Assembly (NCBI GenBank): GCA_044356215.1
Contig: JBIKWQ010000044.1
Location: 1-28,684, forward strand
Source: Bdellovibrionota bacterium
GTDB taxonomy: Bacteria; Bdellovibrionota_C; UBA2361; OMII01
Direction of reading: 5' to 3'
Length of the DNA stretch: 28,684 bases
Shown here in pieces: positions 9,056 through 16,969 of the stretch (position 1 is the first letter of the stretch; each line of letters starts with the position of its first letter). Below the pieces are notes generated by a model that saw only the letters and a list, made by a program, of their open reading frames with translations, was not told the DNA's origin and did no database searches. Position numbers and translations under genes: made by a program.

Positions 9056-10408
9056 TTATTGATTTTCTCGCACCTCAACCCCCATCCCCTTAAGCCGCTC
9101 CAGCGCCAGCGGGGATGCTTTGCCAAATATATTCACATGCGCGCGTTTGGCGTTATTTGGTTTTAGCACACGCTTATCGAAATCTTCGAATATCCCAGCT
9201 ACTTCCTCTGTCCAGAACAGATAGTCTACAGGTAGTGGCACATAGAGCACACCAGAACTGGTCACAGCAGCCGGGAGGTACATCGAAGCAGTAAGTTTCT
9301 TTATCGGGGTAACCGCGTGCATTTTCTCAAAAGCTTCTCCGATCGAAACAAAATAAAGAGTTGATGGTTCATTGGTTGCCTCACACGCGGCGCGGATAAA
9401 ATCAGAGTGGCCTGTAACCTTAGGTCCAAGAGCTGTGAGTGACGCCGAGATAAATCGCCGTGACCATGGGGAGTAAGCTTTGTTGCTTTGGAATTTCTTA
9501 GCTAGCTCCTCAGAAACACCCAGAGCTAACAACTCCTTTTGGTTCTTCTTACTGATAGTGTCGGGGTCCTCGTATAGTGAGAGTTTTTCCGCCCGCTCAT
9601 ACCAGGTATTGAATGTGGCTAACTCTCCTAAAAGCCCAAGCCCAGGTACAAATTTAAAAGCCGTGCCAACCGCGGTCTCGATTCCTGCCACACGCATAAT
9701 CTCATCCCGCAGGGTCTCGTTTGATGTGTAAGGATTCACCTGGAGTTTGCGGAACCATTCGCGTTGTCGCTTGGTGTAGCCGATGTATTTTAGACCTAAG
9801 TTAGTTCCCTGATCTACGACTTCAGAGGCAGAGGTTTTCTTTGATGTATCAGAATCACTTTTATTATCTTTCTCATTTGCCCCACTATCTGATGATACCG
9901 CATCGCTAACGGCATGCGCGGCGCTCTTACCTTTGCGGTACGCCCACGAGAAGAGCCTCTCGGCTCCATCAGGGATCGCCGATAGGGTATCAGCCATCTT
10001 TTGTGGGTCAGATACAACCTTGGCTGTCTTCTCAACTAGTTTCACAGGGGCCATAACGATCCCCTTGCCTGATTTGTAAGCGGCATCGGCAAAAACATCG
10101 GTGCTGGCTAATTTATCTAGTTCAGCGAGGGCGCTCATCTCACCGACGCGGATCTCAAGGAGCTCTCTCCCCTCAACCGTCATGTTTCCGAATTTTGACT
10201 CGATAGTGTAGTTGTTAAAGTAGCCGTCGCTTGTGACTCGCTCAGCCACTTTATGATGTGGCCCTTTAAGAAGCGATGCTGGCAAGAGCTGAGATGCCTT
10301 TAGGATAGTTGGTTTCTCGTATCTCTGGGCGTGGGCGATGTTGTTGGCTGCAGAGGTGATGGTGATGTTGGCAATCAAAAGAGAGATGATAAGTTTCTTT
10401 GTTTTCAT
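9056..10408 (-). CDS. Exported hypothetical protein (450 aa)
   Basis: Long ORF with an N-terminal signal peptide (MKTKKLIISLLIA...AHA); no recognised catalytic motif. Confidence 0.8.
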   Translation of the reverse strand: MKTKKLIISLLIANITITSAANNIAHAQRYEKPTILKASQLLPASLLKGPHHKVAERVTSDGYFNNYTIESKFGNMTVEGRELLEIRVGEMSALAELDKLASTDVFADAAYKSGKGIVMAPVKLVEKTAKVVSDPQKMADTLSAIPDGAERLFSWAYRKGKSAAHAVSDAVSSDSGANEKDNKSDSDTSKKTSASEVVDQGTNLGLKYIGYTKRQREWFRKLQVNPYTSNETLRDEIMRVAGIETAVGTAFKFVPGLGLLGELATFNTWYERAEKLSLYEDPDTISKKNQKELLALGVSEELAKKFQSNKAYSPWSRRFISASLTALGPKVTGHSDFIRAACEATNEPSTLYFVSIGEAFEKMHAVTPIKKLTASMYLPAAVTSSGVLYVPLPVDYLFWTEEVAGIFEDFDKRVLKPNNAKRAHVNIFGKASPLALERLKGMGVEVRENQ

Positions 10409-10480
10409 GGTTTGGTTGGTAAGTAATTACTTGATAATTGCTCGATGAATATAGAATAGGAGGAGGGAGAAGGCTATTGG

Positions 10481-10643
10481 TAGGGGGTCGCAGTTCTTTA
10501 TCACCACAGAGGACGCATAGGACACAGAGAACGGCCATTTTATAAGCAATCATGGGGTTTTCTCTGTGTCCTCTGCGTCCTCTGTGGTAAAAAATATTTT
10601 ACTAACTATCCCAGCAGCTTACCAAAAACACAGCGACTCTCTG
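10481..10643 (+). mobile_element. MITE-like repeat, copy B (163 bp) with perfect 9-bp flanking duplication
   Basis: Ends TAGGGGGTCGC...GCGACTCTCTG. Internal hairpin 10503-10531/10560-10588 has one mismatch. GGCTATTGG at 10472-10480 and 10644-10652. Confidence 0.85.
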
Positions 10644-11005
10644 GGCTATTGGTTGTGGGTGAGCTTGAGGCTGACTGTTCCCCACATCCTGGGAGATAAG
10701 TCTTCACAGAGAGGGTTCAGGACAACAAGTAGGGTACCCCCCTCTGTCCGTTCTCGCTGACCTTTTTGTTTAAATAAAAATCTCGGCTGATCCTTTTTGT
10801 ACAAAGAGAACGGCGAGGGAAAAGAGGGGGAGGGCCACGAACATTTTAGTTTGCTTATTTCGTCAACATTCATCGCTCTGTGGCCCTCCGTGACCTCGAT
10901 GTGAACTCTATCCATGGATTGACCGAGGAGGCGGAGAAACGCGCGCAAAGCGTATTTAGGGATTGACCAACAAAAAGCATTAGGATGAGGCCGCGAGAGA
11001 TCTCT

Positions 11006-12205
11006 TTAAGAACTCGTCCTTCCTTCTCTCACCCCTCTCGACACCAACAGCGCCACAACCGCCAGAGCCGCGCCAACTAAAAACGGCGCGTGCGGACTAA
11101 GCGAGAATAAGGCACCGGCGGATGTCGGGCCTAAGATCCGGCCCAACGCGGCCGCTGATTGATTCACAGCTAATCCAAATCCCTGCTTATCTTCAGGCGA
11201 AGCTAACGAGACGAGTCCTAACATCGAGGGGTTAAACATTCCACTACCAAGCGCTAAAGCCGCTCCTGTGAAGAGAAAGAGTGAGAAGCTTCCAATCAGG
11301 CCGAGCGCTGGAATAGCTAGCATCGCGCAGGTTACAACTCCGAGGCCGTACCTAAATAGCACCACCTCTGAAGTCGATTTGAGCCACTTACGCACCAGAA
11401 ATCCTTGAGCGATGGTCGCTGAGATACCAACTACAACGAGAAACAAACTAGTTAGAGAGGTCGCCTCCTCGAGAGCGTTAGCACTTGCGGGGTTGATCCA
11501 GTATCGCTCTATAAATAAACCAACGCTCTGCTCCATTAACGCGAAAGCTGTAATAAAAAGTAGAGTGGTTAAAACAAGCTGCCTAAGCTCTGGGCCGATC
11601 GAGCTTAAGTCACTAAACTTAAATCGCCGTCCGTGAGACGCGGCGATAGCGTTACTTGAGCGGGTCTCTGGCAGAGATGTCGCGACGAGTATTAAATTTA
11701 AGATCGCTAGCGCCGCGCCAAACGCGGCAGGGGCGCGGTGATCTAGATGAAATAGTATCCCGCCCAGCGCGGGTCCAAAGATAAATCCCAATCCAAAAGC
11801 GGCTCCAATCAGCGCCATCGCCCGGCTCCTTTCGGCCGCAGGATTCGTGTCGGCCAACACTGCTTGGGCTGTTGATATATTAGCGGCGCCGATCCCAGCT
11901 AAGGCACGAGCTAGAAAAAGCATCGTTAAAGAAGTAGCTGCGGAGAAGGTCGCGTGGCCTACGGCGGTGATTGTTATTGTGGCGAGCAGCACGGGGCGTC
12001 TGCCGATACGATCAGATAGACTGCCCCAGAGAGGTGCTAGTATAAACTGCATTAGGCTGTAGGTCGTTCCAAGCAGGGTAACGGTGGCGGCTGTGGCCCC
12101 AAAGTTCTTGGCCAGGAAGGGTTGGGAGGGGATAATTAGCCCAAATCCCATCACATCGAGGAGAACTATCAGGAAAACGGTAAAGCGGGGAGAGAAAGGC
12201 TTCAT
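11006..12205 (-). CDS. MFS transporter, TetA/DHA1-like efflux family (399 aa)
   Basis: LDVMGFGLIIP, motif A GSLSDRIGRRPVL, ARALAGIG, motif C GAAFGLGFIFGPALGG, LPET and LGRILGP; about 12 hydrophobic segments. Substrate unknown. Confidence 0.9.
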   Translation of the reverse strand: MKPFSPRFTVFLIVLLDVMGFGLIIPSQPFLAKNFGATAATVTLLGTTYSLMQFILAPLWGSLSDRIGRRPVLLATITITAVGHATFSAATSLTMLFLARALAGIGAANISTAQAVLADTNPAAERSRAMALIGAAFGLGFIFGPALGGILFHLDHRAPAAFGAALAILNLILVATSLPETRSSNAIAASHGRRFKFSDLSSIGPELRQLVLTTLLFITAFALMEQSVGLFIERYWINPASANALEEATSLTSLFLVVVGISATIAQGFLVRKWLKSTSEVVLFRYGLGVVTCAMLAIPALGLIGSFSLFLFTGAALALGSGMFNPSMLGLVSLASPEDKQGFGLAVNQSAAALGRILGPTSAGALFSLSPHAPFLVGAALAVVALLVSRGVREGRTSS

Positions 12206-12327
12206 AAGCCCTGTAGGTGTACCTGTTTAGCTGTGTTGTGGCAACTGGTGCACAGTCTTCCTGCTTTACCCAAACCCTACAATATCCTAACATCCTCCGC
12301 CTGGGACTTTCTTTTAAAGTAGCGTCA

Positions 12328-13383
12328 ATGAGTAACGATTTATCTCCAGAGAATCTAAAAAAATTAGCCAGTTCCTTCGATGAGCAGTTGCAGGCGGCAC
12401 GTCAACAGTCCGATCTCGAACTGCTAAAGCGTGACTGGCTATCTAAGGATGGGACAGTAAAGGAGCTCTTTAAGGGGTTACGCGATGTTCCTGTTGAGCG
12501 TAAACCAGAGGTCGCCGCGGCTCTTAATGATTTGAAAAACTTAGTAGAGGCGGGGATAGAGTCAAAGGAAAGGTCCTTTAAAGAGAGTGAGCTGCGCAAG
12601 CAATTAGAAGAGGAGTACCTTGATCTATCGCTTCCAGAGATGGGGGGTGGTTTAGGTGCGGTGCATCCGATCACAATCGTCGAGGAGAGAATAACTGAGA
12701 TCTTAAGACCGTTTGGCTTTGAGAGCGTGATGGGCCCTGAGCTTGAGACTGAGTACTACTGCTTCGACGCGCTTAATATCCCTAAGCACCATCCAGCGCG
12801 CGATATGCAGGATACTTTCTACACCGAGACCGGGCATGTTCTTCGCACTCATACAACCGCGGTACAGGCGCGGATGTTGCAGAGCCGGGCGCTATTTGAA
12901 GGTAAGAAGCTACCGTTAAAGATCGCCTCGTTTGGTAAAGTTTATCGTAACGAGACAGAGGATGCTTCGCACCAGGCGGTGTTCCATCAATACGAGCTGG
13001 TATGGGTGGAAAAGGGGTTAACTCTATCTAACCTGCAGGCTTTGATTACTCATATTCTAAAGGAGCTTTACGGCAAACGTAGAAAAGTGCAATTCGTGCC
13101 TAAGTTTTATCCGTACACTGAGCCTAGCATAGGACCTAGGATCGATTGCTCGATCTGTCGAGGCGCTGGCTGCTCTTCGTGTGGTGGTGCGGGATGGGTG
13201 ACGATCGCTGGAGCGGGGATGATCCACCGCAATGTTCTGGCAGAGTTTGGATTCGATCCTAACGATGTGTCCGGGTTTGCGTTTGGTCTAGGTACCTCAC
13301 GCTTGGCGTCACAGATGTTTAATCTGCCCCATTTAAGGGCTGTTTATGAGAACGATCTGCGGGTACTGCGGGAGGTAGTATGA
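12328..13383 (+). CDS. pheS: Phenylalanine--tRNA ligase alpha subunit, atypical active-site residues (351 aa)
   Basis: FDALNIP.HHPARDMQDTFY, LRTHT, VYRNE, FHQ.E, TEPS, C..C.G.GC..C, GFAFGLG and ENDLR. Overlaps pheT (ATGA). Start moved to ATG 12328. Confidence 0.93.
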   Translation: MSNDLSPENLKKLASSFDEQLQAARQQSDLELLKRDWLSKDGTVKELFKGLRDVPVERKPEVAAALNDLKNLVEAGIESKERSFKESELRKQLEEEYLDLSLPEMGGGLGAVHPITIVEERITEILRPFGFESVMGPELETEYYCFDALNIPKHHPARDMQDTFYTETGHVLRTHTTAVQARMLQSRALFEGKKLPLKIASFGKVYRNETEDASHQAVFHQYELVWVEKGLTLSNLQALITHILKELYGKRRKVQFVPKFYPYTEPSIGPRIDCSICRGAGCSSCGGAGWVTIAGAGMIHRNVLAEFGFDPNDVSGFAFGLGTSRLASQMFNLPHLRAVYENDLRVLREVV

Positions 13384-15503
13384 AGCTTCATGTTCGGATG
13401 CTAGGGAAATTAATGGAGCTGCCTGAGTGTCCTCTAGACACTGCGGGGAGCTCTCCGTTACGCCACACCCTCGATGATTTAGGTCTAGAGGTTAAGGGTG
13501 TCGAGGCGAGTGGTGACCGTGGAGTTGTGTTCACAATAGAGACCCTCGCTAATCGTGGCGATCACCTGTACACGCTAGGAGTCGCGCGAGAGTTATCCGC
13601 GCGTAGCCTCGGTCAGATAAGTATCCCGACAGTCGCTGGACAGCTTAGTGATCGCAAGACATCCGTTTTAGTTAAGCGAGCCACAGATAAGTGCTCACGT
13701 TATGCTTTGCTAGAGATGAATATCCCAAACCAGATGCCGCTTCGAAATGACGTCGCGGTGTTTGTAGATGAGCCAGGCAAGCGGCCAGCGATAGTGGATC
13801 TCTTAAATTATGTTCAGCTCGAGGTGGGCCAGCCGATGCATGCGTTTGACGCCAGCAAGGTTGAAGGAGAGATAACGATCGATTGCGCGACTCAAGTAGA
13901 GGAGATCGAAGCGCTCGATGGTAAGAGCTATAAAGTTCCTGAAGGGTCGATACTGATCCGTGACCGCAAGAAGATAATCGCCGTCGCTGGTGTCATTGGC
14001 TGCTCTAACAGCATGGTCACAGAGAGCACTACAAAGGTTTGTATTGAGGCGGCCGTTTTTGAGCCGGTTACAGTACGGAAGACCGCTCGTGCGATGGGAT
14101 TGTCAACGGACGCTTCATACGCGTTTGAGCGTGGTGTTGACCCAGAGGGGATCGCTTTAGCGCTTAAGCGTTTAGTGTATCTAGCTGGAGGTTCCGCAGG
14201 CGCTGTTAAGGATGCTGGTGGGGCACATGTTTTGGGTTACACCTATGTTGAAGCGGCACCTGCGGAGAAGAGAAAGATCAGGGTGCTCCTAAGTTACTTT
14301 AAGGATCAATTAAATCTCCCGCGGTTAGAGGAGCTTGAGGTCGTTACGCGTTTTAAAAACTTAGGCTACGGAGTAGAGGTCGCGGCGTCAGGTAAGGACC
14401 GCGAACTTACTCTTACTGTTCCTTCATGGAGGCTCTACGACGTTGCGGGGGTTGATGATCTCCTAGAGGATATCGCGCGCGTCGTTAGCCTTAACCGTGT
14501 AAGGCAAGAACTTCCAGCTTTGCAGTATGACGCTCCAGCGAAGAACGTTTTAGAGTCTATTCAGGTAACGGCCCGACCTGCCTTGCGTGGCGCAGGCTTC
14601 ATCGAAGTAATCACGAGAGGTTTCTACTCGGCTACTGAGGTTAATCTTCTTGAGAGCCTTAGCCGCGGAGCGGCAGCTAGGCATGTAGCTGTTAAGAATT
14701 CACTCGAGGCGAGTAATTCTCACATGAAGCTTAGTAATGTGATCGATCTAACCAGGATCTTGGCGGCAAATCTTAAACGAGGCGTATTGGCTCCTAAGGT
14801 TTACGACTATACCCGGGTCTTTGAGTTGCCAAATGAGGCGGTGTCTGATGATCCAAAACAGAGAGACGCGCTAGATTATAACTACGAGCGCGATGTCCTA
14901 ACTTTGGCCTCGGCCGGAAGGTGGACTGAGAGTGAGTGGCGTAAAGGGGAATCATTAGAGGAGCACAGTCGGCTCTTTAAAGGTGTAGTAGCCGCCCTAA
15001 TAAAGAGTCTAGGTGGTGTGTTCTCGGTAGGTAAGAGTGATGAGCCTTTTCTTCACCCAGGTATGCAGGCCTCAATTAAGATGGGGAGGAATGTAGTTGG
15101 ATTTTTTGGAGTGATCCATCCAGCTATTCGCGAGGCGTATGATCTTAAGGTGCCGGGAATGTACGGAGAGCTTGATCTACGGCTGGTCGCCAAATTCTCG
15201 GGCAAGACGGAGAGCGTAGCGGTGAGTGATTTCCCGATAATCTCTCGCGATATGACCTTGATGATAGACCGTAAGGATCAGGCTGGAAGGGTTCTAAGAT
15301 TGATCAAGGATGCTCAACTGCCAGCTCTTAAAGAGATCCGGATAGTTGATGACTTCTTAAAACCAGAGGAGTCCTTTAGGCGTGTTACCTATCGAGTTGT
15401 ATTCCAGAGTGGTGATCGTACCCTCAAGCACGATGAGGTCGACGCGGCTATGACGACGCTCTTAGCGGAGTTAAAGGATAAGCATAGTATAGGATTGGCC
15501 TAA
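13380..15503 (+). CDS. pheT: Phenylalanine--tRNA ligase beta subunit, short form lacking the B2 OB-fold (707 aa)
   Basis: LGLEV, NRGD....GVARE, NYV.LE.GQPMHAFD, TDAS..FERGVD, DLLEDIAR, FLHPG, and C-terminal FP...RD...F...DRTL anticodon domain. Confidence 0.93.
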   Translation: MKLHVRMLGKLMELPECPLDTAGSSPLRHTLDDLGLEVKGVEASGDRGVVFTIETLANRGDHLYTLGVARELSARSLGQISIPTVAGQLSDRKTSVLVKRATDKCSRYALLEMNIPNQMPLRNDVAVFVDEPGKRPAIVDLLNYVQLEVGQPMHAFDASKVEGEITIDCATQVEEIEALDGKSYKVPEGSILIRDRKKIIAVAGVIGCSNSMVTESTTKVCIEAAVFEPVTVRKTARAMGLSTDASYAFERGVDPEGIALALKRLVYLAGGSAGAVKDAGGAHVLGYTYVEAAPAEKRKIRVLLSYFKDQLNLPRLEELEVVTRFKNLGYGVEVAASGKDRELTLTVPSWRLYDVAGVDDLLEDIARVVSLNRVRQELPALQYDAPAKNVLESIQVTARPALRGAGFIEVITRGFYSATEVNLLESLSRGAAARHVAVKNSLEASNSHMKLSNVIDLTRILAANLKRGVLAPKVYDYTRVFELPNEAVSDDPKQRDALDYNYERDVLTLASAGRWTESEWRKGESLEEHSRLFKGVVAALIKSLGGVFSVGKSDEPFLHPGMQASIKMGRNVVGFFGVIHPAIREAYDLKVPGMYGELDLRLVAKFSGKTESVAVSDFPIISRDMTLMIDRKDQAGRVLRLIKDAQLPALKEIRIVDDFLKPEESFRRVTYRVVFQSGDRTLKHDEVDAAMTTLLAELKDKHSIGLA

Positions 15504-15522
15504 ATCTTTTAAGAGACGAGAT

Positions 15523-15852
15523 ATGAGGATCGGAATATTAAAAGTAGCTCTTATCGCCTCAATAGTCTCGCAGGGTGTTATCGGTTGCTCATCGCGACCC
15601 GTGATAGTGGCGGATCCGCCGCAACACGTTCATAAAGCTCCAGAGGTTATTCCGTGGGAGGAGGAGTACTCGAGATCGCGGCCAAAACCTGAGGTTTTTG
15701 GCGATAGCTCAGATGCGCACAGCGGAGAGACTTTTCAAGGTGATCTCGAGAAGGAAGGCGGCAGCGATCAGAGCGGGCCGTTAACTGTGCTCGCCGATAT
15801 CATCGCGTTTCCGTTTCGTGGAATCGGGTGGGTGATTAATCAGATTTTCTAA
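15523..15852 (+). CDS. Putative small lipoprotein (109 aa)
   Basis: Hydrophobic N-terminus ending VIGC, acidic middle, amphipathic C-terminus (LADIIAFPFRGIGW). Overlaps the aat 3' end by 17 nt. Confidence 0.65.
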   Translation: MRIGILKVALIASIVSQGVIGCSSRPVIVADPPQHVHKAPEVIPWEEEYSRSRPKPEVFGDSSDAHSGETFQGDLEKEGGSDQSGPLTVLADIIAFPFRGIGWVINQIF

Positions 15853-16480
15853 GCGCTGTTTCCAGCAGTTTTAAATACTCATCGCGTGGTATCTCCTTAG
15901 CCCCAAAGCTCTCAGAGAAGGGTGTGAGCACCTGGCAATCGAACCAGGGAATTTGCTCCAGCTTCAGATATTCATACAGCGATACCATGGCTATCTTAGA
16001 GGCGTTTGCTTTTCGATAGAAGCTCGATTCAGCGGCGAAGAAACTCTTAATCCGCAATCCATAAATACCGCCGACTAATTCACCATCGAGATAGGTCTCA
16101 AATGAGTGCGCTATCCCAAGTTGATGAAGCTTGGAGTACGCTTGGATTACCTCATCTGTGATCCATGTTCCGTCTTGGTCTCCTCGGTTAATCACTTGGG
16201 CGCAGTTCGCTATCACTTGATTAAAAGCCGAGTCGATCTTGGTGATAAAACGCCCACGTTTCAGTTCGCGCTCGAGTGAGCGAGAGATATGAAACTCATC
16301 TACTGATATAATTGCCCTAGTCGGAGGGGAGAACCAGGCAAGGAGCTCATCATTAACGGGCCACGGAAAGATCCCGCTCTGGTAGGCAAGCAAGAGAGAC
16401 TCAGGCTCAAGATCTCCGCCTATAGCTAACAAGCCATCCTCATCTGCGCTATCTACCGGTGGGAATTCAATGATCGCCAT
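15836..16480 (-). CDS. aat: Leucyl/phenylalanyl-tRNA--protein transferase (214 aa)
   Basis: FPP...A..DGLLAIGGDL, AY..GIFPW, W.SP..RA, HISRSL, GTWIT, AHS.E, LVGG.YG, NASK.A, DCQ and GA.EI.R. Divergently transcribed from clpS. Confidence 0.93.
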   Translation of the reverse strand: MAIIEFPPVDSADEDGLLAIGGDLEPESLLLAYQSGIFPWPVNDELLAWFSPPTRAIISVDEFHISRSLERELKRGRFITKIDSAFNQVIANCAQVINRGDQDGTWITDEVIQAYSKLHQLGIAHSFETYLDGELVGGIYGLRIKSFFAAESSFYRKANASKIAMVSLYEYLKLEQIPWFDCQVLTPFSESFGAKEIPRDEYLKLLETALRKSD

Positions 16481-16651
16481 TTGAAGCTTTCTTGCCAAGT
16501 TTCTGTCAATACTAGCAAAATTCGCGGCATAACGCTTGTTCAAAATATCGTTTTAGAGGTTCGCCGAATGGACGGATGGCCCTCTTTAAAAACAGTACTA
16601 AATTTTCATGCTAACTTTTGGTTTTGTCGATACTCTAACTAGAGGAGCACC

Positions 16652-16969
16652 ATGCCAACCAAGAGAAACCACAGCACCCAGTCAGACACAGCAGTTCAGG
16701 AGAGAACGCGTGTAGAGAAACCTAAGATGTATCGGGTGATCTTACTAAACGACGATTTCACCACGATGGAATTTGTGGTGGTGATCCTTGAGGGCGTTTT
16801 TTTAAAGAGTCCAGCCGAGGCCACGCAGATCATGCTCCAGGTACATAAAAACGGAAGAGGGGTGGCGGGCATATTCTCTAAACAGATCGCTGAGGCTAAA
16901 ATCGAACAGGTGCATCAGATGGCCCAAAGAGAGGGTTTCCCTCTTAAGTGCGTAATGGAGGAAGCGTGA
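16652..16969 (+). CDS. clpS: ATP-dependent Clp protease adaptor ClpS
   Basis: PKMYRVILLNDDFTTMEFVV, IMLQVHKNG, IAEAK and FPLKC. GAGGAG RBS. Confidence 0.96.
   Translation: MPTKRNHSTQSDTAVQERTRVEKPKMYRVILLNDDFTTMEFVVVILEGVFLKSPAEATQIMLQVHKNGRGVAGIFSKQIAEAKIEQVHQMAQREGFPLKCVMEEA

Noticed and set aside
10266..10760. ORFs with LCVLCVLCG or SSASSVV, plus 20563-20802 and the N-terminal extension of 3875-4243
   Set aside because: They are translations of the MITE hairpin, not Cys-rich peptides or real N-termini.
11006..12205. Calling the MFS gene tetA
   Set aside because: Family motifs only; no adjacent tetR, and substrate cannot be inferred from sequence by eye.
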